Of a stretch of DNA of 42,128 nt, positions 12,808 to 25,995 are shown in pieces. Source of the DNA: Tubiluchus corallicola (Eukaryota; Animalia; Priapulida). Both the position numbers and the translations under genes were made by a program. The notes under the pieces are model-generated. The model saw only the letters and a program-made list of their open reading frames with translations, made no database searches and was not told where the DNA came from. Each line of letters begins with the position of its first letter. The stretch's first letter is position 1. The stretch lies in NCBI GenBank assembly GCA_030141605.1, contig JAQGDQ010001412.1, positions 1-42,128 on the forward strand, read 5' to 3'.

Positions 12808-15050
12808 CAAAGTATACACAATAAAGTAGGGAAATCCTTCTGCGCAGTAGTTCGCGCAGTTAGTGTCGCCCTAGCGGCTATTCAGTGCGGCCTGTTGTTG
12901 TCAGGTACGCAACAGCGCAGGCTGCGGGTACTGTAGCAGATGAATTGATGAGACCATCAAAACCAGCCCGGTTAACAGGCGCTCATAAATTGCTCAGCAG
13001 TGAGTTGCAAAAACACAAAAAGATATCTTTTTAAATTTCGCAAGGATGCAGCCAGGTAATTATAATAAAATGTTAATTATAACACAGTTTTGAAACTTTT
13101 GTTACTAGTTAAATATTTTGTACGCTAAGCAAAGACTGCAAGGCCTACATCTCTCTTTGACGATTTATAGCAGCTGTTATCTTTTTGAATATTATTTAAA
13201 GTAAGCATAAGGCGTTAAGAATAATTTGTAGTTAAAATAAAAATTATTATAATCATATCTCATAAAAATTAATAGGCTTATTTACAAAAGAAGTTAAGAA
13301 AGTTGATCAAAAGAAAGAATACCTGGCTCATGTATTATTCGATTTCTGGAGAAATATTTTTTCTAAAAAACATTTCTATTTCATATGTTCTTATCAGGAA
13401 ATATAACTTGAAGATATATTAGGCCTGACTTTCATGTGTAATACCTTTCATAGAAAAAAATCGATTTTTTCAGAAGAGCAAATAATTTTCCAGAACATAA
13501 CTTAATCTAAACATCTGCATGTTTTGTTAATTCCAAGTTAAAAAATGTTTAAAAAGCATATAATCATACATTGGCCTTTGTTATGAGTTGGAGTTAGTTA
13601 TAAAATTACGTTGAACAAGCAGAGATGTATTTACGACATTACTCCTCTTTTTATTATCAGTGAACAAAAAATAACTGAAGGAAACATCAGAGCTGTCATC
13701 CTAAGCAGCCGACATAACTTCCACCTCTATAACAACCAACTAACTATGTCAAAACCTAGTTAAAGAATTCAGGCGAGAAGCATAAATTAGAATCTGCACG
13801 CGTGTCATAATACCTTATAACATCATGTGCAGACATTACTTATATTTGGCCTAATTTTTTAAGATTCAGTTAGGCTTACATCAAAATAAATGTTCATTAA
13901 ATACAGTTTGCTTACGTGTAAAAAATGTACTTGTATAATGTTCTTTTGTTTTGTTTATTAATTAGACTCTTTAGTATTATTTTAATGCATGTACTTTGCA
14001 GCTTGATTCAGTTCCCTATTTGAAAGTTTGTTTAAATTTCTGTTTGGCTAGCTTGCTTTTCATTTTATTTAGTTTGTTTTTTATTATTTTTATTTAGTAT
14101 TATTGTTATTATTTTGCATGTTTTTCTCATATTGAGTTATGCATGGACAATATGACAGCTTGAATTTGGTCATTTTTTGCACTAATGTTTTTCTTTTGCT
14201 AATAGGTACCATTACGACCTTTGTTACTTTATTACTAAGGTATAAATCAATTTAAATGAAAATATTCATTCATCGCCGCCTATATCAAAATCGTAATTAC
14301 ATATTAAGTTTTCCTCATGTTTCCTTGCTATTATTACATCATTTACTTTATTACATCAATTTCATTGAGTCATCTACAAAAGCACGCATATCTTTAATAA
14401 TTTTTTCATTTTCATTTAAGTAAGGTGAGTGTGTTAATGACCGTATGGTCGTACACTCACCTCACACTACTCAAATTATTTTATTTATTGTTTATTTATG
14501 TGTACAATATTGTATTTTGATGTGTGAAATAAAATTCATAGTTCATAGTTCCGTCTTTCTTTTAACTCTCTCTCTCTCCCCCTCTTTCTCTCTAAGAGAG
14601 GGGGGAGAGAAAAATCAATAAATCAATGAAAAATGCATTACTTCTTTACATAGCAGGCAGCCCATCACGCAGTCGGCTAGCCTCTTTCCGCAGGAAAAAC
14701 AATAAAATTTTACTTACAAGAAAACTGAACAGGCATTTGCAAGTACATAATACAAACTTATTGCTATAATTTTTTTCCTTTTCATGAAATGTTTTCAGTT
14801 TTTTTAAACTAATAATTGCTTTTAATTGAGATATACTTCTTTTATTAAAAACGCAAAAGTGATTTTGGCTTATCAAAGTTGCACGTATGCCAACACTACT
14901 GGTGAACTGAATAATATTATTATTACAGTCAATGCGGCGCTCCAAATTTTTCACTGAATGGCCGTTTGATGCCGCCAGCATAGCCGCTAATCGCAAAAAG
15001 GAAATACGTAACATTAGGCGAGTTTCGTCATTTCCTCTTTATACACTTTG
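12808..15050 (+). mobile_element. P-superfamily-like element, tandem copy 2
   Basis: Near-identical to 10544-12800 with scattered substitutions and small indels. Separated from copy 1 by the 7-bp ATATTAT. Confidence 0.7.
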
Positions 15051-15434
15051 GTATGAAGTGCTAAACAATCGAAAGTATGTTATAGCCTAGATTAATTGTT
15101 GCAATATACGTAAAATGAGATCTTATGCAGAATTTTCCATATTGTAAAATCACAATTACAACTTTTAATTATAAAATCTACATACTTTTACTTTTTCAAG
15201 TGCCTACTAAAATTCTAAGTAAGGTGTTTTTGTGGGAACAGAGAATAGTAATAAAGTTTTTATAGACTAAGTATTAATTTCACCACCATAACATTCATAC
15301 CCTAAACTATGTTTTTATATATATATATCACTTTATTTGCATATCATGATGCAATGCATTGACAAGTTAGTGTAATTATAGCAACATAAATAGATAAATA
15401 ATTGTTTGATTATTTTACTTATTTATATACATAA

Positions 15435-15459
15435 ACACACGCACGCATGCACGCCCGCG

Positions 15460-15492
<33 letters not shown>
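15435..15492. repeat. Alternating purine-pyrimidine (CG)n(CA)n tract
   Basis: cacacgcacgcatgcacgcccgcgcgcgcgcgcacacaca..., ~520 bp upstream of the TOMM20 ATG. Z-DNA-prone by composition. Confidence 0.8.
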
Positions 15493-15493
<1 letters not shown>

Positions 15494-16007
15494 AATACAC
15501 TTATGAATCTCCCATCAAAACGTAATAATTTATTTTTTGGCGTATTCAATTAACACCAAGCAAATGTGGGAAAGCTCTATAAAAAATTATCATGAAGGGT
15601 AGAGCCTTTTACTTTTGAGAAGTGGAACCAGCTCGCAAGGTTTGATCAACCATAAATTGGTACATTGTCCAAAGGCACTATAACATTTACTGACTGTGTT
15701 AAACTCGAAAAAGAGATCATTAAGTTACATGGAAGCCTGGAGCATAAAGTAGACCAATTTCGCCAAAAGCAGCCTTGATCATAATTAGGTAGAGCGACTA
15801 TTCCCTTGTGACGACCGCGTACAGGAATTTATGCGCGTGATTCATGCAGTGAAGACTGAAGTGAAAAGTACATGATCGTGAGTCACGCACATCTTTGGCT
15901 TACGCAACGTGCGGTCACTTTTACACCTAATAGATGGCAGTGCTGTCGAGCAACATGGACGCTGTGTGCAAATGTTCTTAGGCTCTTTTTCAATTTTATT
16001 TTAAATT

Positions 16008-16397
16008 ATGGTGTCAAAAACAGTTTTAGGAATCGCTGCTGGCGTGGCTGGGACGTTGTTTATCGGATATTGTATATATTTCGACAAAAAGAGAAGAAAC
16101 CATCCGGAATTTAGAAAAAAGTTAAAAGAAAGGAGGAGGAAAGCAAAACAGCCAAAACGTGCAGGTGTACAGCTACCGGATTTCAAAGACCAAGAATCGA
16201 TGCAAAGATTTTTCCTGCAAGAAATACAAGCAGGAGAAAACCTGTTGGCAGAAGGCAACTTCGAAGAGGCAGTTGAACATTTGAGCAATGGCATAGCAGT
16301 GTGTGGTCAACCTCAACAGTTACTGAACGTGCTGCAGCAAACTCTGCCGCCGCAAGTTTTTCACATGCTACTTCAGAGACTTCCAGTCGTTAGTGCT
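16008..16397 (+). CDS. TOMM20: Mitochondrial import receptor Tom20, coding exon 1
   Basis: MVSKTVLGIAAGVAGTLFIGYCIYFDKKRRNHPEFRKKL...RFFLQEIQAGENLLAEG...AVCGQPQQLLNVLQQTLPPQVF, the hallmark Tom20 sequence. Donor GCT|GTATGT (phase 0). Confidence 0.97.
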
Positions 16398-17020
16398 GTA
16401 TGTATCTTACAGAATTATTTTAGTTAATGGTACTTTTTATTTTAAAAATTGTAATCAATTATGAAGATAATAAAGCAGCACATTTTAAAAATGCACATTC
16501 ATTGCTCTAGAAATAACGTAATATGGTAACCATTTTACGAGCTCAGTGTAGTACAAGTACAGTTACTCAAGTTACAGAGCCAACAGAAAGCACGCTAGTA
16601 ATTTTGACTTTGAAACTACATTACGTAAACATCCAAAATGCAACAAATCAAAATGAAAATGATCGGCACTCTATCAGAATCCAGGTCCTGGTGGATTTTC
16701 GCCGAGCGATAACCTAGTCGATACGATTGCTTGGCACAGTATGACGATCTGTGCTGCTCTCACGGACAGTCAGCGTTTCTATGCCCACTACGTTTGTGTA
16801 TAGAATTCAATTTTTCGACTTTGTTTATGTAGGTGCCAGTCATTGGGTGTGCTTATGACTATGATATTAGCAGTCTTTCTTGTATATCTGAAGTCTATCT
16901 GAAGTCTTTCTTGCATAGAGTTGTAGAAATGAGTACCATAAACCTAGCATTGTACCGTACAAGCAGCCTGGCACTTTCATCTCCATTATCAAATTATGTT
17001 ATTTTAATATTAAATTTGAC

Positions 17021-17439
17021 TAGTGTTCCCTCAGTTATCACAGGTGTTCCGCTCCAGGCCCACCCACGATAAGTGAATTTCCGCGAAGTAGGGACGCTAT
17101 ACTACATTTCGTTTTTGGTGTGTATTCATCTGCCGAATAAATAAACTATTTACTGTAAATGGTCATTTTTTATGATTTATAATATTCTTTTAATGTTAGA
17201 ATTATTATTTTTAATATATTTACATACAGTTTGTGATTTTTTTTTATGCAAAATTCATCAAATCTATACATTGCTGTACAATACGTACTACGCATGTGCA
17301 AAGATACTCTGGAAGGAGTACCGCAAAGACCCGCAAAACAGCAAAAATAGCGCGATAAATATCTTACATTAATATTTTTGAAAACCCGCGAAACAGCGAG
17401 TCCGCGATCAATGAACCGCGAAGCAACGAGGGAACACTG
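17021..17439. mobile_element. Tc1/mariner (pogo/Tigger-like) MITE in the TOMM20 intron
   Basis: AGTGTTCCCTC...GAGGGAACACTG(TA) termini and internal CCGCGA motifs. Left TA TSD not clear. Confidence 0.6.
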
Positions 17440-18462
17440 TAATTGTTATCATGAAAAATTACTTAGTTATATGTTAACAAAAATACTTGAAGGACAAGAA
17501 AAGAGGCACCTGGAGTAGGTTTCAGAAAAATCACCTTAAAAAATTATACTACTTTTTGGCATATCGTATTCGCGTTGAAAGGAATTTTAGTTTGTTTTCA
17601 TTTTAAATCTCCCGCAATTCTGTTCCGATGGCACCATTGCATGACGTCATGTACCAAACGTAAATCAAGGGAAGAAAAGGCAATGTTAAATTATGCCTCA
17701 AAAGACTTTCCGTGCAAATCTATATTACTTAGCACTTCGCTTACCTGCTGGAAAGACTTATGAAACTAGTAAAGAAAATTATTAATTATTTAAAATGTTT
17801 TCACCAATTGGTAAAATGTCGCTGACTCACCCCCTCCAGGGTGCACCACTCACTAACCAAAAACGTATTTTTAATCTTATTGACAAGATACAGTAATTTA
17901 GAATTTTACTCATTTAGTTACATGTATGCCACGAATGCTTTGAGTATTTTTTCAAACTTTACAAGATGTTATCTAAACTTCTTTCAAATGACCTGTCATC
18001 AAAATGGCTGCGTCTAACGGTCATCGCGGGAGTTTAAATTTACATGTTTTATACAGAGTTACTGCCGATTGAAGTCCTGCATGCAAAAGGCAGTACGTAA
18101 GTGATATAAAATTTGAAAACAAATTTTTTAAGCTTCATGTTTATGAAGGATTTTCTTGTGCTTTAAAACTGTTTGTACTAATTTAATTATCTATTCAGGT
18201 TAAAATTCAAATTTGTACGATCGAACGTGAATTTAGTAAAATATCAGTAATAGTATTATTTCATTAACTTATTCCGTCACAAGTGAAACTCGGGCTGATC
18301 AAGCATCCGTATCGTAGGCGATCGTTCCGCAAAAATCGAGCGGGACCTGGCTTCTAATAGAGTGCCAAATAATCATTAGATATTACCTTTAAGTCATTAT
18401 CCATAGTTTTGTTCGTCAGAATTTCGATTACTTTTTGTAATATTAATCACAATTTTTTGTAG

Positions 18463-18516
18463 AATATTACAAGAACAGCATCATCGTCTGCCATGTTGGA
18501 AGAAGATGTGGAATAA
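18463..18516 (+). CDS. TOMM20: Tom20 coding exon 2 (acidic C-terminus)
   Basis: After acceptor ttttttgtag: NITRTASSSAMLEEDVE*. Matches the conserved Tom20 EDDVE terminus. Total 147 aa. Confidence 0.92.
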   Translation, partial: NITRTASSSAMLEEDVE

Positions 18517-18673
18517 ACAATTTTGATTTCATTTACAAATTTCAATTTGCACAGCAAAGCGAGCCAAGAAGACTGCAGTAATTAACAACAACGATTATAA
18601 CAATATTGTTACTTCTTATATGCAATTTCTAAAGACATTTTATCACAATGCTAGATGCAAGTAAAGAAATGAT

Positions 18674-18800
18674 CATTAGTTCCATGACATGTGTTGTGTG
18701 TTCCAATGTTCATTAGTTCCATGACATGTGTTGTGTGTTCCAATGTTCATTAGTTCCATGACATGTGTTGTGTGTTCCAATGTTCATTAGTTCCAATGTT
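18674..18800. repeat. 37-bp tandem repeat (~3.5 units) downstream of the TOMM20 stop
   Basis: cattagttccatgacatgtgttgtgtgttccaatgtt repeated at 18674, 18711, 18748, partial at 18785. Confidence 0.9.
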
Positions 18801-19239
18801 TGTGTTGAATTGCATCTTATGTACATTTCAGTTGAAACGTAAGTTCATTTAAAGAGTTTTTATCTAATTTTAACTTTATAAAGCAGCCACGAAGTACTGC
18901 CATTCTGTAACACCGTTGTATGTATCACTAAAGATGTAAGGCATTTTTGTTAGTATGTTATGAAAGTCTTTAAATAATCTTAAGATGCTGAAAGTTCTTT
19001 AGTTAATCAGACGACACCATATAAAAAAAATTGCAGAATGTTTCTTGGCAAGGTAGTAAATCGTGTATGTAACTGTTGCAAAGAACAATGCAGTCACATT
19101 GTCAGTTGCTCATCTAAGTACGTTTACATAAACTGTCTCTCAACAATGAAAGAAACTTGTTGTATTTCATTTCACCTGGCACTCTGACTTAAATGTTGTT
19201 GCTTAGACCACATAGAATTGCCTCTGCTTGTAATAATGG

Positions 19240-19506
19240 ACCAGACGGTTTAGTCTAGTGGTAATGCATCTGCTTTCCGTCTGGGAGGTCGTGAGTTCGA
19301 ACCAGCGGCCGAGTCATACCAAAAACTTTAAAAATGCTACCTGCTGTTGCCCTGCCTGACGCGCGGTATTTAGGGTAAAAGTGGGGTAATAATAGTCTCT
19401 GTTATGCAGTTGTAGGTTGTTATTTACAGTCGGTGATAATAGCTCTTTGAGCTAATGTTAATTGTTGACCCAAAAGCCGACTTTAAATACAGATTATTAT
19501 TATTAT
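19240..19506 (+). mobile_element. tRNA-derived SINE
   Basis: Box A TAGTCTAGTGG, box B GAGTTCGAACC, (ATT)n tail. Central GTCATACCAAA...AAAAATG segment resembles, from memory, the Meta/MESC SINE domain. Second copy at 21167. Confidence 0.8.
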
Positions 19507-20933
19507 GCATGAGAATTTATTCAGACATGGTTCATTAGTTTGGGCTTGTATTGTTTCTATTAGGAAACAAACGGGGTTAATTACAAAGGAATCAGATCAT
19601 TGAGCATTGATTTCATAGCAAGTCAAGTCGTCCAAATTACAAGCGGTTCATTGTGAAATAAATTAATCACGAATTTGCCATGAGATTTTCGCTACTAAAA
19701 GACCCACCATCGATATTTAAATGCTTAATTCTGGGATTTCTTGGTTTTCCACGTACACAAAAAATTATCAGTTAAACAGAGCAAACTACTTCGATTTAAA
19801 ACAATACATGCTGGGATTACCAGATAAATTGGATTTGCTGGATGAGTTACATTGATTCAAGTAAAAATATTTTTGTTAAGAAAGAAGAAAGTACAATTTG
19901 TTTCTGTATTGCCTGTTTGGGAATGAATACCAGCCCCAGTGCAAGATTTTTTACGCTAAATGTAGATAACAATCATGGTGCATTGAGGCTTTTTTCAGAG
20001 TAAAAAATGTTTATATTGAAGTTAAAAATTTGGCCTGTAAAACAAAAAAGAAGCTCGAGAAATTCATAAATAAATAACATATATAAACATAAATGAAGCA
20101 CATTTTAATGGAAAACCGGATGATTGTGTAAACATTAGTTCAGAAAAAACAGTGCTCTAAAATATTGAAAACCACGATAGCTTTTTTTTTAATCAAAGCT
20201 TTAAGTGGCAACGAAATTCAAAGTAAAACCGGATGATTGTTTAAACATGAGTTCAGAATAAAGAATGCTCTAAAATATTGGAAACTACAATAGCTTATTT
20301 CAAATCAAAGCTGAGATTAAATAATAATTACATCGGATACTCAAATTTTGTTAAACTTTCAAAGCTACGTGCGGCTCAGTGAATCTACTAAGATTGGCAG
20401 CATCGCCTTTTTGTCACATTCACGTGGCCGACAAATAAAAGGCGGTACCGTGATAACCATGATCATGAACTGCTGTGTTAGTTTCTGACGTCATATGATG
20501 TAGAGCCCATTTTCGTGACATCACGCGTTTAAGCAGTAACGCTTAGGCAAATGTGCTTGACGCGCAAGGAAAGACGCCTACCATTGCACAAACTGTGGTT
20601 AGTTTCTGACGTAAGCAATAGCTGTGTTCAGTTACCGTTAATTAACTTTCTAAGCTAATTATTCAAATATAAGGAACAATTGGGTGGCTGCTAGGTGACG
20701 TCTTGGTTTTTTCTGAGATAAACAAATTGACATGAATTGAACTGAACTGTACAGTTTCTCACGTATAAGCAATAGTAGTGTTGGGTTGCCGTTAATTAAC
20801 TTTCTAAGCTAATTATTCAAATATAAGAAACAATTGCTAACATTCATAGTCAAGAAAATGTATATTTTGGACAGTAAATTAAAATGAGAGTGAGTCTAAA
20901 CAATCGTCCGGTCTTCCTCTAACTGCTGCTTAC

Positions 20934-21124
20934 CGGTAATTATTCGTCATGCTGCAGGCCATAGATATACCCAAAACGTAGCAAGCAACACAAGCCGCAG
21001 TCCAGAAAACACGACCCAATATGGACTTAGCTCTGAGTAGACGGCCGAGACCGTGCGCTGGCGTGTGCTGACTGAATTCTATAATAGCATTCTCTGGTCC
21101 ATACAGCTTAACATATTTCACCTT
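20934..21124 (-). CDS. DEG/ENaC channel gene 1, exon with N-terminal HG motif and TM1
   Basis: Translates KVKYVKLYGPENAIIEFSQHTPAHGLGRLLRAKSILGRVFWTAACVACYVLGISMACSMTNNY(R). Contains the HG motif and hydrophobic TM1. Acceptor ctaattacag, donor CG|GTAAGC (phase 2). Confidence 0.9.
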
Positions 21125-21166
21125 CTGTAATTAGATGCACTGCATCAGTTATCACATCAAATAATT

Positions 21167-21495
21167 ACCAGACGGTTTGGTCTAGGGGTAATGTGTCTGC
21201 TTTCCGTCTGGTAGGTCGTGAGTTCGAATCAGCGGCCGGGTCATACCAAAGACCTTAAAAATGGTACCTGCTGTTGCCCTGCCTGGAGCGTGGTATTTAG
21301 GGTAAAAGTGGGGTAATAATAGCCTCTGTTATGTAGTTGTAGGTTGTTATTTACAGTCGGCAATAATAGCTCTTTGAGCTAATGTTAATTGTTGACCCAA
21401 TAAATCATTATTATCATTACTATTATTATTATTATTACTATTATTATTATTATCATTACTATTATTATTATTAATATTATTATTATTATTATTAT
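21167..21495 (+). mobile_element. tRNA-derived SINE, same family, long (ATT)n tail
   Basis: Aligns along its length with 19240-19506. Starts 43 bp from the exon boundary at 21124. Confidence 0.8.
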
Positions 21496-21676
21496 GTCAG
21501 CTGTATTATCAATTAACACTTAATGTATAACTCTAACATATTTTTAAAGGTCTTTTGGCTTCAGGTCTTACCTGTTACTGTTAATTAATGTTAAGAATCC
21601 AAATATGCCAAAAATGGTACTTAAATTATACACCTGCAGCACAAACTACCTCTATATTTTTGAACTACTGTGTCGC

Positions 21677-22576
21677 ATCGTACAAACTTTCACATTTTAC
21701 TGTACCACATCGTACAAACTTTCACATCTTACAGTACCACATCGTACAAACTTTCACATTTTACTGTACCATACATTGTGCGAAGTTTCACATCTTACTG
21801 TACTACATCGTACAAACTTTCACATTTTACTGTACCACACATCGTACAAACTTTCACATGTTACAGTACCACATCGTACAAACTTTCACATTTTACTGTA
21901 CCATACATTGTGCGAAGTTTCACATCTTACTGTACCACACATCGTACAAACGTTCACATTTTAAAATTTTACTGTACCACACAGTGCAAACTTTCACATT
22001 TTACTGTACCACACATCGTACAAACTTTCACATTTTACTGTACCCACAGTGCAAACTTTCACATTTTACTGTACCACACTGTGCAAACTTTCACATTTTA
22101 CTGTACCACACATCGTACAAAGTTTCACATTTTACTGTACCACACATCGTACAAACGTTCACATTTTAAAATTTTACTGTACCACACAGTGCAAAATTTC
22201 ACATTTGCTGTACCACACATCGTGCAAACTTTCACATTTTACTGTACCACACATCGTACAAACTTTCACATTTTACTGTACCACACATCGTACAAACTTT
22301 CACATTTTACTGTACCACACATCGTACAAACTTTCACATTTTACTGTACCACACATCGTACAAACTTTCACATTTTACTGTGCCACACATCGTACAAACT
22401 TTCACATTTTAACATTTTACTGTACCACACAGTGCAAAATTTCACATTTGCTGTACCACACAGTGCAAACTTTCACATTTTACTGTACCACACATCGTAC
22501 AAACTTTCACATTTTACTGTACCACACGTCGTACAAACTTTCACATTTTACTGTACCACACATCGTACAAACGTTT
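21677..22576. repeat. 32-34-bp minisatellite abutting the gap
   Basis: acatcgtacaaactttcacattttactgtaccac units. Confidence 0.95.
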
Positions 22577-23071
22577 NNNNNNNNNNNNNNNNNNNNNNNN
22601 NNNNNNNNNNNNNNNNNNNNNNNNNNNNNNNNNNNNNNNNNNNNNNNNNNNNNNNNNNNNNNNNNNNNNNNNNNNNNNNNNNNNNNNNNNNNNNNNNNNN
22701 NNNNNNNNNNNNNNNNNNNNNNNNNNNNNNNNNNNNNNNNNNNNNNNNNNNNNNNNNNNNNNNNNNNNNNNNNNNNNNNNNNNNNNNNNNNNNNNNNNNN
22801 NNNNNNNNNNNNNNNNNNNNNNNNNNNNNNNNNNNNNNNNNNNNNNNNNNNNNNNNNNNNNNNNNNNNNNNNNNNNNNNNNNNNNNNNNNNNNNNNNNNN
22901 NNNNNNNNNNNNNNNNNNNNNNNNNNNNNNNNNNNNNNNNNNNNNNNNNNNNNNNNNNNNNNNNNNNNNNNNNNNNNNNNNNNNNNNNNNNNNNNNNNNN
23001 NNNNNNNNNNNNNNNNNNNNNNNNNNNNNNNNNNNNNNNNNNNNNNNNNNNNNNNNNNNNNNNNNNNNNNN
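22577..23071. other. Assembly gap (495 N)
   Basis: Run of n between two different satellites. Confidence 1.
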
Positions 23072-25795
23072 ATGGGTTTTTGGGTGCACATACACCATTA
23101 ACTTGGACTCTTGGATGTACATACACCATTAACATGGGCTCTTGGGTGTACATACACCACTAACATGGGCTCTTGGGTGTATGTACACCATTAACATGGG
23201 CTCTTGGGTGTACATACACCATTAACATGGACTCTTGGGTGTACATACACCATTAACATGGGCTCCTCGGTGTACATACACCATTAACATGGGCTCCTCG
23301 GTGTACATAAACCATTAACATGGGCTCTTGGTGTACATACACCATTAACATAGGCTCTTGGGTGTACATACACCATTAACATGGGCTCTTGGATGTACAT
23401 GCACCATTAACATGGGCTCTTGGGTGTATATACACCATTAACATGGGCTTTGGGGTGTATGTACACCATTAACATGGGCTCTTGGGTATACATACACCAT
23501 TAACATGGGCTCTTGGGTATACATACACCATTAACATGGGGTCTTGGGTGTACATACACCACTAACATGGGCTCTTGGGTGTACATACACCATTAACATG
23601 GGCTCTTGGGTGTATATACACCATTAACATGGGCTTTCGGGTGTATGCACACCATTAACATGGGCTCTTGGGTGTACATACACCATTAACATGGACTCTT
23701 GGATGTACATACACCATTAACATGGGCTCTTGGGTGTACATACATCATTAACATGGGCTCTTGGGTGTACATACACCATTAACATGGGCTTTTGGGTGTA
23801 TGTACACCATTAACATGGGCTCTTGGATGTACATACACCATTAACATGGGCTCTTGGGTGTACATACACCATTAACATGGGCTCTTGGGTGTACATACAC
23901 CATTAACATGGGCTCTTGGGTGTACATACACCATTAACATGGGCTTTTGGGTGTATGTACACCATTAACAAGGGCTCTTAGATATACATACACCATTAAC
24001 ATGGGCTCTTGGGTGTATGTACACCATTAACATGGGCTCTTGGGTGTACATGCACCATTAACATGGGCTCTTGGGCATACATACACCATTAACATGGGCT
24101 CTTGGGTGTACATACACCATTAACAAGGGCTCTTGGGTATACATACACCATTAACATGGGCTCTTGGGTGTATGTACACCATTAACATGGGCTCTTGGGT
24201 GTACATGCACCATTAACATGGGCTCTTGGGCATACATACACCATTAACATGGGCTCTTGGGTGTACATACACCATTAACAAGGGCTCTTGGGTATACATA
24301 CACCATTAACATGGGCTCTTGGGTGTATGTACACCATTAACATGGGCTCTTGGGTGTACATGCACCATTAACATGGGCTCTTGGGCATACATACACCATT
24401 AACATGGGCTCTTGGGTGTACATACACCATTAACAAGGGCTCTTGGGTATACATACACCATTAACATGGGCTCTTGGGTGTATGTACACCATTAACATGG
24501 GCTCTTGGGTGTACATGCACCATTAACATGGGCTCTTGGGCATACATACACCATTAACATGGGCTCTTGGGTGTACATACACCATTAACAAGGGCTCTTG
24601 GGTATACATACACCATTAACATGGGCTCTTGGGTGTATGTACACCATTAACATGGGCTCTTGGGTGTACATGCACCATTAACATGGGCTCTTGGGCATAC
24701 ATACACCATTAACATGGGCTCTTGGGCATACATACACCATTAACAAGGGCTTTTGGGTGTATGTACACCATTAACATGCGCTCTTGGGTGTACATGCACC
24801 ATTAACATGGGCTCTTGGGCATACATACACCATTAACATGGGCTCTTGGGCATACATACACCATTAACAAGGACTCTTGGGTGTACATACACCAGTAACA
24901 TGGGCTCTTGGGTGTACATACACCATTAACATGGGCTCTTGGGTGTACATACACCATTAACATGGGTTCTTGGGTGTATGTACACCATTAACATGGGCTC
25001 TTGGGTGTACATACACCATTAACATGGGCTCTTGGGTGTACATACACCATTAACATGGGTTCTTGGGTGTGCGTACACCATTAACATGGGCTCTTGGGTG
25101 TACATACACCATTAACATGGGTTCTTGGGTGTACATACACCATTAACATGGGCTCTTGGGTGTGCATACACCATTAACATGAGCTCTTGGGTGTACATAC
25201 ACCATTAACATGGGCTCTTGGGCATACATACACCATTAACATGGGCTCTTGGGTGTACATGCACCATTAACATGGGCTCTTGGGCATACATACACCATTA
25301 ACAAGGACTCTTGGGTGTACATACACCATTAACATGGGCTCTTGGGTGTACATACACCATTAACTTGGGCTCTTGGGTGTACATACACCATTAATATGGG
25401 CTCTTGGGTGTACATACACCATTAACATGGGTTCTTGGGTGTACATGCAACATTAACATGGACTCTTGGGTGTACATACACCATTAACATAGACTCTTGG
25501 GTGTACATACACCATTAACATGGGTTTTTGGGTGCACATACACCATTAACTTGGACTCTTGGATGTACATACACCATTAACATGGGCTCTTGGGTGTACA
25601 TACACCACTAACATGGGCTCTTGGGTGTATGTACACCATTAACATGGGCTCTTGGGTGTACATACACCATTAACATGGGCTCTTGGGTGTACATACACCA
25701 TTAACATGGGCTTTTGGGTGTATGTACAGCATTAACATGGGCTCTTCGGTGTACATACACCATTAACAAGGACTCTTCGGTGTACATACACCAAT
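23072..25795. repeat. 31-bp minisatellite (~88 units)
   Basis: caccattaacatgggctcttgggtgtacata units. Confidence 0.97.
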
Positions 25796-25944
25796 AATAT
25801 TCATCAATTAACCACATTAATGTTCAAAATCAAGAAAAAAATTACTAGGCAAATCCATCATTCAAAATAGTTTTCTGCCACCAGAAGTGAAAAGAAAGGT
25901 GAAAGTTTCGGAAGATAACAAAGTTATCTAAATTTCTACCTTAC

Positions 25945-25995
25945 CTTTGACACGTGTAGTCCAGTAACTGTTTTATCAAATGTAGTGCATAGCAT
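25945..25995 (-). CDS. Candidate first coding exon of DEG/ENaC gene 1
   Basis: ATG-initiated MLCTTFDKTVTGLHVSK ends at a strong phase-0 donor AAG|GTAAGG. This matches the phase-0 acceptor at 21124, whose exon has no in-frame ATG before HG. It lies across the assembly gap and has no homology support. Confidence 0.35.

Noticed and set aside
12417-15014. Duplicated 115/122-aa minus-strand ORFs
   Set aside because: Non-ATG starts, AT-rich, no recognisable domain. They lie in the right end of the duplicated transposon.
16398-16427. TOMM20 as an intronless retrocopy ending VCILQNYFS
   Set aside because: A GT donor at 16398 and a downstream exon encoding the conserved EEDVE terminus show it is spliced.
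19240-19315. tRNA gene
   Set aside because: A and B boxes are present but there is no proper acceptor stem. It continues into a shared body and (ATT)n tail, so it is a SINE head.
21565-21585. Strong minus-strand donor (CAG|GTAAGA) as the upstream coding exon of gene 1
   Set aside because: In-frame TAA codons immediately precede the donor in the required phase.
21588-23163. Long ORFs up to 497 aa
   Set aside because: Products of minisatellite units and the N gap.
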